A stretch of 64,000 nt of DNA from Octopus bimaculoides (lineage: Eukaryota): contig NC_068991.1 of NCBI RefSeq assembly GCF_001194135.2, positions 41,285,540 through 41,349,539 on the forward strand. The letters are read 5' to 3'. Positions within the stretch are counted from its first letter, which is position 1. The number at the start of each line of letters is the position of its first letter. The notes under the pieces were generated by a model. It did no database searches, was not told the origin of the DNA, and was given only the letters and a program-made list of their open reading frames with translations. Both the position numbers and the translations under genes were made by a program. Shown piece after piece: positions 24,599-34,709 of the stretch.

Positions 24599-26670
24599 TT
24601 GCTACAAAGGTAAAGGTGATGTCTTAGATAGAAATAATTATAGAGGTATCAAATTGTTGGATCAGGTGATGAAAGTTGTGGAGAGAGCCATAGCCCAACT
24701 AATCAGAGAGAGAGTTAGTCTAGATGAGATGCAGTTTTGCTTTGTGCCAAGTAGAAGCACCATAGATGTTATATTTCTGGTAAGGCAACTGCAGGAGAAA
24801 TACCTAGCCAAAGATAAACCTCTGTACTTGGCTTTTGTTGACATGAAGAAAGCTTTTGACAGAATTCCCTGATCCCTTATCTGGTGGTCAATGTGGAAAC
24901 TAGGGATAGATGAGTGGTTGGTGAGAGCTGTACAAGCCTTGTACAGGGACATTACTAGTAAGGTGAGAGTGGGCAACGAGTACAGCGAAGAATTCAGAGT
25001 ACAAGTAGGGGTTCACCAAGGATTGGTGCTCAGCCGCCCTCTTGTTCATCACAGTCCTTCAGGCAATAACAGAGGAATTCAAGACAGACTGTCCCTGGCA
25101 GCTCCTCTATGCTGATGACTTGCTCTTATAGCTGAATCACTACCTGAGCTAGAGAAGAAGTTCCAGGTATGAAAACAAGGTCTAGAATCAAAGTTAGAGT
25201 TAACCTAGCAAAAACCAAAGTCATAGTAAGTAGGAAGGCAGACAAATCACAAATCCCCTCAGGTAGATGGCCCTGCTCAATCTGTAGAAAAGGTGTAGGT
25301 AGAAACTCCATAACATAAAATCAGTGTAAGCTTTGGACACACAAAAGGTGCAGCAGCAACATCAAAGGAAGGTTAATAGAAAAACTAACTTTTGTATGTG
25401 GAAGGTGCACAGGCATAATAAATGCTGAACATGTGCGTAAAATAGACACCATCAACTACCAGGGGATGAGCTAGAGGTAGTAGATAGCTTCCGGTATCTA
25501 GGCGATCAGGTTAGTAGTGGCAATAGTTGTTCCAAGCGAATAGCTGTGAGAATAAGATTAGGCTGGGCAAAGTTCAGAGAGCTCCTGCCCCTGCTGGCAA
25601 CATAGGACCTCTCTCTCAGAGTGAAAGGCAGATTGTTTGATGCCTGTGTGTGAACAGCTATGCTGCATGGCAGTGAAACATGGGCTATAACAGTTGAGGA
25701 CATGTGAGAAACGAAGCCAGTATGCTTCACTGGATGTGCAATGTCAGTATGCATGTTTGACAGAGTGTAAGCATCTTGAGAGAAAAGTTAGGCATAAGAG
25801 GAATTAAATGTGGTGCACAAGAGAGACAACTGCGCTGGTATGGTCATGTGATGCATATAGACGAGGACAGGTGTGTAAAGAAGTGCCAATCACTAACTGT
25901 GGAGGGAACCCATGGTAGATGTAGACCCAGGAAGACATAGAACAAGGTGGTGAACTTTGAACCTTACAGAGGCAATGACCAGTGACCGAGACCTTTGGCA
26001 ATGTGCTCTGGTTAAGAGGACCCATCACGTCAAGTGTACCCTTGCTGGTGGCACATAAAAAAAAATCAACTTTTGGATGTTGGGCCTCATAGAGGCAATG
26101 TGACTGAGTACCTTTCGAGCATTGGATCTGATGGAAGCAAAGTGGCTGAGTTCTTTTCAAGTATTGGGCCTCACAGAGGCGAGGTGGTTGAGTTCCTTTG
26201 AAGCGTTGGGCCTCGTGGAGGCAAAGTGGCTGAGTTCCTTTCAAGTGTTGGCCTCATGAAGGAGAAGTGGTTGAGTTACTTTTGAGCGGGCCTCATGGAG
26301 GTGAGGTGGCTGAGTTCCTTTCGAGTGTTGGGCCTCATGGAGGCAAAGTGGCCAAGCTCCTTTTGAGTGCTGGAGGTAATGGCCAGGACTTTTGGCATTA
26401 TGTTGTGCTTGAGAAGAAGACCCATCAAGCCGAGCAAAATCGCAATTGTGGCAGATATTGATGTCATGCAAATGGCACCCATGCCAGTGGTGCGTAAAAG
26501 CACCCATTACACTCTCAGAGTGGTTGGCATTAGGAAGGGCATCCAACTGTAGAAAACCATGCCAAATCAGACTGGATCCTAGTGCAGCCTTCCAGCATGC
26601 CAGCCTAGTCAAACTGTCCAACCCATGCCAGCATGGAAAACAGATGTTAAATGATGATGACGATGATGAT
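24598..26670 (+). mobile_element. 5'-truncated RTE LINE in COX20 intron 3
   Basis: ORFs 24537-24872 (YKGKGD..DRNNYRGIKLL, AFVDMKKAFDRIP) and 24891-25115 (VGVHQG), 'tatgctgatgac' (YADD); 3' UTR ends ttaaatgatgatgac. Confidence 0.9.
26075..26375 (+). repeat. About 42-bp minisatellite (about 7 degenerate units) in RTE 3' UTR
   Basis: Units of type tgggcctcatggaggcaaagtggctgagttcctttcgagtgt; about 4 units in the related copy at 62605-62760. Confidence 0.8.
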
Positions 26671-27465
26671 GATGATTATATATATATATATATATAACTT
26701 TGATAGGTTTCGGCCAGTATAGGCCCAGGCTGTGCCAGGTTTCTTTACATTTTCTCTCTGCCAAATCTACTCACAAGGTTTTGATCAACCAAGGTTATAG
26801 CATAAGAAACTTGTCCAAGCTGCTGCACAGTGGGATTGAACCTGAAACCACATGGTTGGGAAGTGAACTTCTAAACCACACACCAATAGTGTTTATGATT
26901 AGAGATTCCAAAGTTCTACCTTGGCTCTCTCACACACACACACACACAAGATATTGCTATTGTTAGTCTTTGCTCAACCCTTATTGGGATGAATTCTACT
27001 TGAAGATGTTCTAGATGTGATAATCCCTTCTTATTTTCAGATGTAGACTACATTATCCAATGTGCCTTTCTGTTTCTAAGACAGTTATGTTTGATATAAG
27101 GAACACTTGGCTGCTACTTCTGGGAAGTTGGACAATATTTTTGGCATACCCTCTTTTGATTTGTAGTAATAACTATCAATACAGATGGTGAAGAAGTTAA
27201 AAGGATATTAATAGATCATTAGTCACCTTTTAAGAGAAGCTATAGAGGTAGTGAAGATGGTTGAATTCAGTATGGATTAAATGTTTTATAGTATTTATGT
27301 TCATCGTGTCTGGTTCTATGTTGTTTGTTATTTCTATGGGTTTGAAACAATAAGTACTAACAATATATAAAGGTGATTGACAACTTTACTATTCATGGAA
27401 GAATGAAATACTACATAAAGTTTGTAATTAGAGAATTTGGTGGCTGGTACTTAATTATCACTTAC

Positions 27466-27529
27466 CATGATGCTGTAGCTAGGATAGCGTATGTTCCAAC
27501 TCCAACATGGGTTGCCATCCGTACATTGC
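27466..27529 (-). CDS. COX20: COX20 exon 3
   Basis: ttattttttag|GC AAT...TCA TG|gtaagt, 64 nt, phase 1-2; (S)NVRMATHVGVGTYAILATAS(W) matches the second COX20 TM segment 'HVG.G.F'. Confidence 0.92.
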
Positions 27530-27546
27530 CTAAAAAATAACAAAAG

Positions 27547-27587
<41 letters not shown>

Positions 27588-27925
27588 NNNNNNNNNNNNN
27601 NNNNNNNNNNNNNNNNNNNNNNNNNNNNNNNNNNNNNNNNNNNNNNNNNNNNNNNNNNNNNNNNNNNNNNNNNNNNNNNNNNNNNNNNNNNNNNNNNNNN
27701 NNNNNNNNNNNNNNNNNNNNNNNNNNNNNNNNNNNNNNNNNNNNNNNNNNNNNNNNNNNNNNNNNNNNNNNNNNNNNNNNNNNNNNNNNNNNNNNNNNNN
27801 NNNNNNNNNNNNNNNNNNNNNNNNNNNNNNNNNNNNNNNNNNNNNNNNNNNNNNNNNNNNNNNNNNNNNNNNNNNNNNNNNNNNNNNNNNNNNNNNNNNN
27901 NNNNNNNNNNNNNNNNNNNNNNNNN

Positions 27926-28096
27926 CGTCGGACAGTTTTGTTTAAAATTCTAAACAAAACTGTCCAATGAATGGGAACGTGAAACTCTGAGTAACAGTTT
28001 TTGTGATATTTTTGCTGCTTTTCAATAAAGCATATTACTCTACCTCTGGTATTTGAGTACTATTTTTTCTGCCTTGTTTCACATTTATGTGCTTAC
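27926..28096 (+). mobile_element. Short repeat carrying a hammerhead motif and AATAAA (Penelope pseudo-LTR or retrozyme-like)
   Basis: Hammerhead motif at 27956-28001 followed by aataaa; 5' end lost in assembly gap; class is inference. Confidence 0.5.
27956..28001 (+). ncRNA. Type-I hammerhead ribozyme motif with G5A core change (probably inactive)
   Basis: Helix I AAAACTGT/ACAGTTTT (8 bp), core CCAATGA, stem II ATG-GGAA-CGT, GAAA, helix III CT-ctg-AG, GUA triplet at 27991-27993. Confidence 0.65.
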
Positions 28097-28430
28097 TCTG
28101 GTATATATATATATATGGCTTAGTGGTTTAGAGTATTTGGCTCACAATCATAAGGTCATGAGTTCAACACCTGCATTGTGCATTGTGTCCTAGAACAAGA
28201 CACTTTATTTCACATTGCTCCAGTCCATTCAGCTGGCAAAAGTGAGTAGTACCTGTATTTCAAAGGGCCAGCCTTGTCACATTCTGTGTTGCGCTGAATC
28301 TCCCTGGGAACTATGTTACGGGTATGTGTGTCTGTGGAGTGCTCAGCCACTTACACATTAATTTCACAAGTAAGCTGTTTTATTAATCAGATCAACTGGA
28401 ACACTCGTTGTAACTGATAGAGTACCAGTT
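28097..28430 (+). mobile_element. tRNA-derived SINE (same family as 31381-31755)
   Basis: A-box-like tggcttagtggttag, B-box-like gagttcaacacc; body is the reverse complement of the 31381-31755 family. Confidence 0.8.
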
Positions 28431-28433
28431 ATA

Positions 28434-28984
28434 CAGGGTGTCCTAGAATTAACTGTCTATTTCAGTGAAATCAAACAATTTTCTAAAAAAACTCACTTTT
28501 ATTTATGCTTATTATGTGTTATATGTGTTAAAAGTGGATAAATTTTTAATTTTGTTAAAAATTTTATAATTTTTATAATTTATTTTCATTGCTGTTGGAT
28601 CTTACTTATCTGTCCGCGACAGACTTTTTTCAATTTGGCTGCAATCATTTTCTCTACCTCCATCTCCAGGATGGAGCAACAATTTAGCTGAACTTAAAGA
28701 ACGCATTCAGTTAGCAGTGCAGAAGATAACTCCTGAAATACTTCAAAATGTGATTCACAACACTAAGGATAGATTTGAAATTTGCAGGGATACAGATGTA
28801 GCACAGAGATACATGTGCTACAGATGGAGCACATGTTGAAAATTTTCAATAAAGTTTTCCTGTAAGATTTATTAATCTATTTGTTTTGGTATCTTAGTTA
28901 AATAATAAACATAAAAGTCTGTCAGTTTTTAAAAAAAATTTGCCCAATTTCATTGAAATAGATAGTTAATTCTAGTACGTCCTG
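28434..28984 (+). mobile_element. Non-autonomous Tc1/mariner deletion derivative
   Basis: TA flanks; about 38-bp imperfect TIRs (cagggtgtcctagaattaactgtctatttcagtgaaat vs caggacgtactagaattaactatctatttcaatgaaat); interior encodes NLAELKERIQLAVQKITPEILQNVIHNTKDRFEIC, like a mariner transposase C-terminus. Confidence 0.85.
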
Positions 28985-28986
28985 TA

Positions 28987-29170
28987 TAAAGATATTATTA
29001 TTAAATAAATAATAATAATATAAATGGCTAGCAAGCATGAAATGACCATAGAAGTAAAATTATTAATTTTATTAATATATAGATAGATATATATTAATTT
29101 TACCTCTACGGTCATTTCATGCTTGCTAGAATGTTAAATAATTATTATTTATTTAATAATAATATCTTTA
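28987..29170. mobile_element. TA-flanked fold-back (long palindrome) element
   Basis: Arms of about 75 nt: taaagatattattattaaataaataataa...ctagcaagcatgaaatgacc.taga.gtaaaatta and its reverse complement. Confidence 0.75.
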
Positions 29171-29294
29171 TACACACACACACATATACTTTTATGTTCT
29201 ATTATATTCACTTCAATCATTTTGAATTTGTCCCTGAATTCTATTGGTCAACACACACATGGTGAGATGAGTAATTTTTGGCCCTAGGACAGTA

Positions 29295-29348
29295 ATAGTC
29301 ACTGATGAAGTGTTTTTCACAGGGTCTGAAATCATGTGATATGAATAT
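29295..29348 (+). ncRNA. Type-I hammerhead ribozyme motif with intact catalytic core
   Basis: Helix I ATAGTCA/TGAATAT (6/7, extendable by GACA/TGTC), CTGATGA 29302-29308, bulged stem II, GAAA 29328-29331, helix III A-TCA-tg-TGA-T, AUA triplet at 29339-29341. Confidence 0.55.
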
Positions 29349-30407
29349 GTCTGTAACTCATTTGCGATCTTCACTTGCTAATGTAAGTTTGCTTTTTCTA
29401 TTTTGCTTGCTTTTGTCGCATTCACCAGTGTGTATAAGTGATAACAGTAGTTTTGAGCTGTTCTGACCCATATTTCTGATATTTAAAATCAGGATCATTA
29501 TTATATATTTTTCTATTGTGACAATGTTTAGATAGGTTTGCAATACAGTAGTCCTCTACAATATCCCTAATGGCAATGATTGCAGTAGAAGTAAGCTCGC
29601 ACAGTGTATTTGGTGATATTTTGATTGAGATTTTGGCAAGACTAGCGTCTCTTCCTATAATCAGCAGTGGCAACCATAGTATGGACTATTTTTCATAAAA
29701 ACAGCATAAGAGGAACTCTCTTACAAAGCTTAGAGCATTCTCTGATCCTTAGCAGTCTGAATATTTTTGATTAAGACAATAATAAATGGATCAAATATGG
29801 TTGTCATGAACACAACCAGTGGAGAAGTTCATTGTCTAAGCTTGAAGACTTTGCTATCCAACTGCAACTTGAGTATAAAGTGATTGATTTAGAGACGTCG
29901 GTAGCAGACTAAGGTCGATGATTTATTTTATCTAATTCAGCTTCCTGAACTTGATAAAATAGTACTAGTAATATGCTTTGTTACATCCCATTGGCTTTTA
30001 CCCATTCCTGTCTCCGCTACCAAAGCCTTATGCTCATTCACACTTTTTCAAGGCAGTTAATTCTTTCACAAAGCAGAAGGGTCTATGGGGCTGGTACTCA
30101 GCTCTTGTATTCTGTAATGTTAAAAGATAAATCTTAATTTGCATACCACTATTATATTGGAAGATATTTCTTTGTGAATTTAGTAGTACACTTAACCCAG
30201 TATAACCCAGGTTACCTGATAGCATGCTCTGTTCAGTACTATGAAATAAGACCCAAATAAGAGTCCTTAAAAGAACTTAGATGATACTGAAAGCATTCAC
30301 ATCTTTTTACTTACACAAACCATGAGCAATGTGTCAGCTATTGTAACCAATTCTACTCCACAATCAAAATAAATCAATTTATGAATAAATAAAACATTGA
30401 AACTTAC

Positions 30408-30498
30408 TAGTAAATAAAAAATATGTCAAACCACCAATTATACCGCTACTCAAGCCAGTCAGAAGTGAATTCCGCATACAGGGTATGTTGGTTATACT
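30408..30498 (-). CDS. COX20: COX20 exon 2
   Basis: Poly-T tract, gtttctag|AGT ATA...ACT A|gtaagt, 91 nt, phase 0-1; SITNIPCMRNSLLTGLSSGIIGGLTYFLFT(S) matches COX20 'IPCFR.S.L.G..GG.G.GL..FL.TS'. Confidence 0.93.
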
Positions 30499-30667
30499 CT
30501 AGAAACATAGAAAGCAAAAAAAAAAAAAAATATTGAGTTAATACAAAAGAGCCAACATATAAGAAATATTGTTTGAAAATTTGGCACAAGGCCAGCAATT
30601 TCTGGGGAGTGGGCAAGTCGATTACATCGAACTCCGTGCTCAACTGTAATTATTTTATCGAATCCAG

Positions 30668-30798
30668 GTAAAAAAGTCACAATAAAAAATGTCACAGAAA
30701 AAAGTCACAGGGGTTTTGCCCGGCGGGGGTGAGGGTGGGAGAGGTTGTCCTAGAGGGGTTTTGTCCGGATCCCATAAATTAATTATGACTTTTTTTTT
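30668..30798. repeat. Short reiterated motifs resembling DNA-transposon subterminal repeats
   Basis: aaaaa(a/t)gtcaca three times and ggggttttg(c/t)ccgg twice, running into a gap. Confidence 0.35.
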
Positions 30799-31380
30799 NN
30801 NNNNNNNNNNNNNNNNNNNNNNNNNNNNNNNNNNNNNNNNNNNNNNNNNNNNNNNNNNNNNNNNNNNNNNNNNNNNNNNNNAAACAACTGATTGGGATCA
30901 GTAATGCGAATGGTTTACATAAATATGACTTTAAAAATTCTATAAAATATAAAAAATCGAATGATATTAACAGTACGTTAGACAACACAAATGAAGCGAT
31001 GATCAGGCCACGCTCCGACCCCACAAGCCCCGATCTATCGCTGACATCTTTTTTTTTCTGACTATTCACACGGTTCCTTGCACGCACAACACTCGTGCAA
31101 CATGCTTCCATCTCTTTTGGAACGTACACTCCGACAAACATCTCCTCTCCAGCCACACTTTCCTTTTCAACTGAAAAGTAAAAAATGAACGTAAATTGTG
31201 TCCAGAGATAAAGTTGCCTGTCTTAATTCCTTTTATCCTCGTCTTCCATACTACCTCTTTCGCATTTTGCCAGGCATGCTGACGATTCTGCATCCACCAC
31301 CTTCAACATATAAATTATATTAATCTATAAATACAGTATATATTTACGATACTAATGAGTCGTTTTTAGTTAGGGTTTTG

Positions 31381-31755
31381 TTGTTGTTGGCACTCCGTCG
31401 CTTACGACGTCGAGGGTTCCAGTTGATCCGATCAACGGAACAGCCTGCTCGTGAAATTAACGTGCAAGTGGCTGAGCACTTCACAAACACGTGTACCCTT
31501 AACGTAGTTCTCGGGGATATTCAGCGTGACACAGTGTGACAAGGCTGACCCTTTGAATTACAGGCACAACAGAAACAGGAAGTAAGAGTGAGAGAAAGTT
31601 GTGGTGAAAGAGTACAGCAGGGTTCGCCACCACCCTCTGCCAGAGCCTCGTGGAACTTTTAGGTGTTTTCGCTCAATAAACAATCACAACGCCCGGTCTG
31701 GGAATCGAAACCGCGAGTCCACTGCCCTAACCACTGGGTCATTGCGCCTCCACTG
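31381..31755 (-). mobile_element. Near full-length, young tRNA-derived SINE with (CAA)n tail and 12-bp TSD
   Basis: TSD gttagggttttg at 31369-31380 and 31756-31767; - strand head ggaggcgcaatgacccagtggttagggcagtggactc...gtttcgattccc; many CpGs retained. Confidence 0.9.
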
Positions 31756-32397
31756 GTTAGGGTTTTGCTGACAGAGTAGCTTCCCTTATATTTTGGCTCT
31801 AAAATCTTCAAAAAAAAATTCAAGCGACAGAACCGAAGGAATACTGAGAATATTTTTGAAGAATTCAGCTACATGAAGTGATAGAAATAGAGCATATGTA
31901 GCGATAAATGGGAAGTGGGTTTAAGTAGAGAGAGAAATACATATGGAAAGTTCTACTGAGTAGAGTTTGGTGCTCGATTAAAACTGTTCCAGGTCAAACT
32001 CGATTCAATAGTTTTATGATCAAAACCAATCCAGCTTTGATTAACGTGTCTTTTACTCAGTCACTGTATATTTGGGTTAAAGTTGGAGCATATTTGCCAA
32101 TAAAGATGATAGCATTCTTCTTTCGAAAGGATTTGGTATCCATCGAATTTCACTGTAACATCGAATTTAGTGTTACATAACGATCGCACATCTTCCATGC
32201 ATTGATATGAGTTTCTTTCAATGATCCTGAATCAACCCAGCACATTCGGAAATTAAATGTCATTCACTGCAGTAAGATTTCAAGTAAAGTACATACACGT
32301 TCTAAATATATTTATAATATAAATCTTGATTAGGAGACAAGGAATGATTTTGATCTTGCATTTACAGGTGTAACGTGTGCGTGGGTGCAGAGTAAAG

Positions 32398-32655
32398 GGC
32401 ACTGTCATGCTATTAGCTGTCAGAAGTGAAAGTGCTCACTGCTAGTGAAGTATCTGTCTGTCTGCCTGCATGCCTGTTGCTGGCCTGTCGATTCTTTGGC
32501 TACTGACAGCTAATACCATGACTGGCCGGAGCGAGCTATATGTCTGTCTGTCTGTCTGTCTGTCTCTGTCTCTCTCTCTCTATCTATCTATTACTCGAAA
32601 GTTATTGGAACAAATTTGACACCTATATCCATGCAGCTAATAGCATGACAGTGCC
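32398..32655. mobile_element. Intact MITE, 22-bp perfect TIRs starting GG, 8-bp TSD (Merlin-like)
   Basis: TIR GGCACTGTCATGCTATTAGCTG (32398-32419; reverse complement 32634-32655); identical flanks GAGTAAAG (32390-32397, 32656-32663). Confidence 0.88.
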
Positions 32656-32744
32656 GAGTAAAGGTTATGTAAGTTTTGTTATCAATATTTCACCAAGGGC
32701 TCGTATTATGCAGCCTTAAAAATCTTCGTAAAATAATAAAAAAC

Positions 32745-33235
32745 ATTTGGCATAACTACACATTCCTGCACCCACTTTGGATGATCATGACTTTCAGAAA
32801 AAGGAATATTTTTTTAATGACATTTTCTACGAATATGTGTTATATCATGTAAATTCCGAATATACAAAACTTGGCATAACTACAGAGTTCTACCCCCCCA
32901 GACTTTGGAAGGTCATAACTTTCAGAAAAATGAATATTTTTTAATGAAATTTTCTATGCATATCTCCGTTTTGTGCGTTTATGCATCCGTAGATTTCTAG
33001 TCCTCACACACACATATGTAATTAAAAAAGTTCAAACGGAGAATTATTCTATTCAATATCTTTCTGTTAGAAACATTTAGACCTTTAGCTGGTATTTTTA
33101 GCATAACGAGTTTTCTGGTGACAGCTTCATTGCCTGCTGCTTCAGTGGAAATCTACGGATGCACAAAACGGTGATGATCATCCAAAGTCCGGGGGGGGGG
33201 GTGCAGGGCAGGAATCTGTAGTTATGCCAAATATT
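32745..33235. mobile_element. Non-autonomous DNA element with long inverted arms and an internal tandem duplication
   Basis: ttggcataactac...actttgga..atcat unit duplicated at about 32747 and 32871, present inverted at about 33175-33232; gcatccgtagattt / aaatctacggatgc inverted pair. Confidence 0.6.
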
Positions 33236-33519
33236 TTTATTATAACTGATATTACTGTATTCAAGTAAACTTTTCTTTATATTAAAAGGATAAGAGTAAT
33301 TAAAACAAGTATTATAAATAATTTCGGAATGGTCTAAGAAATTAATTACCGAAAATATTTTAGTAATTTAGAATTTCAGTACAAGAACAATTTTCTTTTA
33401 CTAAAGAATTTATTATTATTATTATTACTATTATTGTTGTTGTTATTGTTATCTTTTTCGGGTGTATTAAATAGAAATGGCTCTAATGAAATATGAATAC
33501 TGCCGAGGGAAATTTTTAC

Positions 33520-33558
33520 CTGACTTTTTTCATCAGTTTCTTCTTTATTGTCAGACAT
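33520..33558 (-). CDS. COX20: COX20 first coding exon
   Basis: ATG...CAG|gtaaaa, 39 nt, phase 0; MSDNKEETDEKSQ is a short acidic N-terminus of the size expected for COX20 exon 1; assigned by position and phase, not by strong homology. Confidence 0.72.
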
Positions 33559-33559
33559 T

Positions 33560-34400
33560 GGGAATCTTTTACTATAATCCGTAGACTTAGAATCTGTATG
33601 CGAAATAAATCCTCACTGGTTAGAATATTACTTAAAGCATAATAGCTTCGCTAGTCACAAAGTAAACATCGTTCTTCCAAACAAACCATGCGGTCACGAT
33701 TTAGATTAGGGAAGAAAGCAGAACGATAACTCTTGTTATTCCTCTCCCCGCCCCCAATTATGTCACCTTGAAACAAGATTTTACAATCGATCTAAGCTCT
33801 TCGAATTAGGAATAGAAAATATTTTAATTTTAGCCTTTTGTCAAATACGACAATATATAACACAATACAAATGATTTAAGTTATTGAACGACGTACGCAG
33901 AAATTTTGTCAATAATTGAAATTTCCAAAGAGAAAAAGAAAAGAAACCGTCTGCAGTAACCGTTGGTGACTGTTAAAGAAGAAGGGAGATAATTTGATAA
34001 TTTCATTTCACGAAATTCACATGCTAAAAGGAAAATCTAAGCTTTAAATGAAGGGGACAGCGACGAACATGCTTTGATCTTATTGAGCCTCCTTATCATA
34101 GCATAGTCTATTCAAATTAGCTTTGGTCAATCGACATAGGTTGACCAGTGGTAATTTATATAATTAAAAAAACAAATAAACAAAAAAGACATAAAATGAC
34201 CTAAGGGAAATAACTCAAGTAAATGAGTAGTAAGAATTTAGACAATATACATTTTCTGATAATTAAAAATCAAGAAAATAATTATTGTGGGACTGAAAAT
34301 TACTTGAAAGCAGGATCAAAACACAAGAGATAACCGCCATGAAAAAGACATTCGCTAACAATAAATTGAAACGTCCGCTAGTTTAGTTGTGTTCAATCGT
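33560..34400 (-). promoter_or_regulatory. Probable COX20 5' UTR/promoter region
   Basis: Directly upstream of the ATG exon, free of recognisable TEs, visibly more CpG than CpG-depleted introns elsewhere (not counted). Confidence 0.4.
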
Positions 34401-34454
34401 ACAAGGATATATTGTGGAATACTCCAAGTCCAAAAGTTAAAAACGAATTTACGA

Positions 34455-34498
<44 letters not shown>

Positions 34499-34709
34499 AT
34501 CTTATCAGTACAAAAGCTTAAAATACACTGCATTAGAATCTGTTGTAATTGTAACTCCCAAATAAGCATTAAACAAAATTGAATTAGAAAATTGGACAAG
34601 ATAGAGAACACAATTGAAAAAATTTTAAAGAAAAAGCAGAAAAAGGAAGAAAGAAAGAAAGAAAGAAAAAAAGCAAACCAAAACAATTCCCCACCTTGGG
34701 TTGAAAAGT

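Noticed and set aside
26075-26375. Regularly spaced 42-nt repeats as a CRISPR-like array
   Set aside because: Contiguous degenerate tandem units without unique spacers, inside a eukaryotic LINE 3' UTR.
28097-28180. tRNA-like sequences (also near 5040, 13235, 31690 and other SINE heads)
   Set aside because: They are SINE 5' heads continuing into SINE bodies, with no complete cloverleaf.
29422-29673. 83-aa ORF and hydrophobic short ORFs downstream of the second hammerhead
   Set aside because: Multiple stops in every frame and no family recognised; kept only as unknown context for the ribozyme.
31066-31170. Strong-looking acceptor (ttttcag) and ORFs in COX20 intron 1
   Set aside because: No good donor, peptides are unrelated to COX20, and inclusion would break or bloat the frame.
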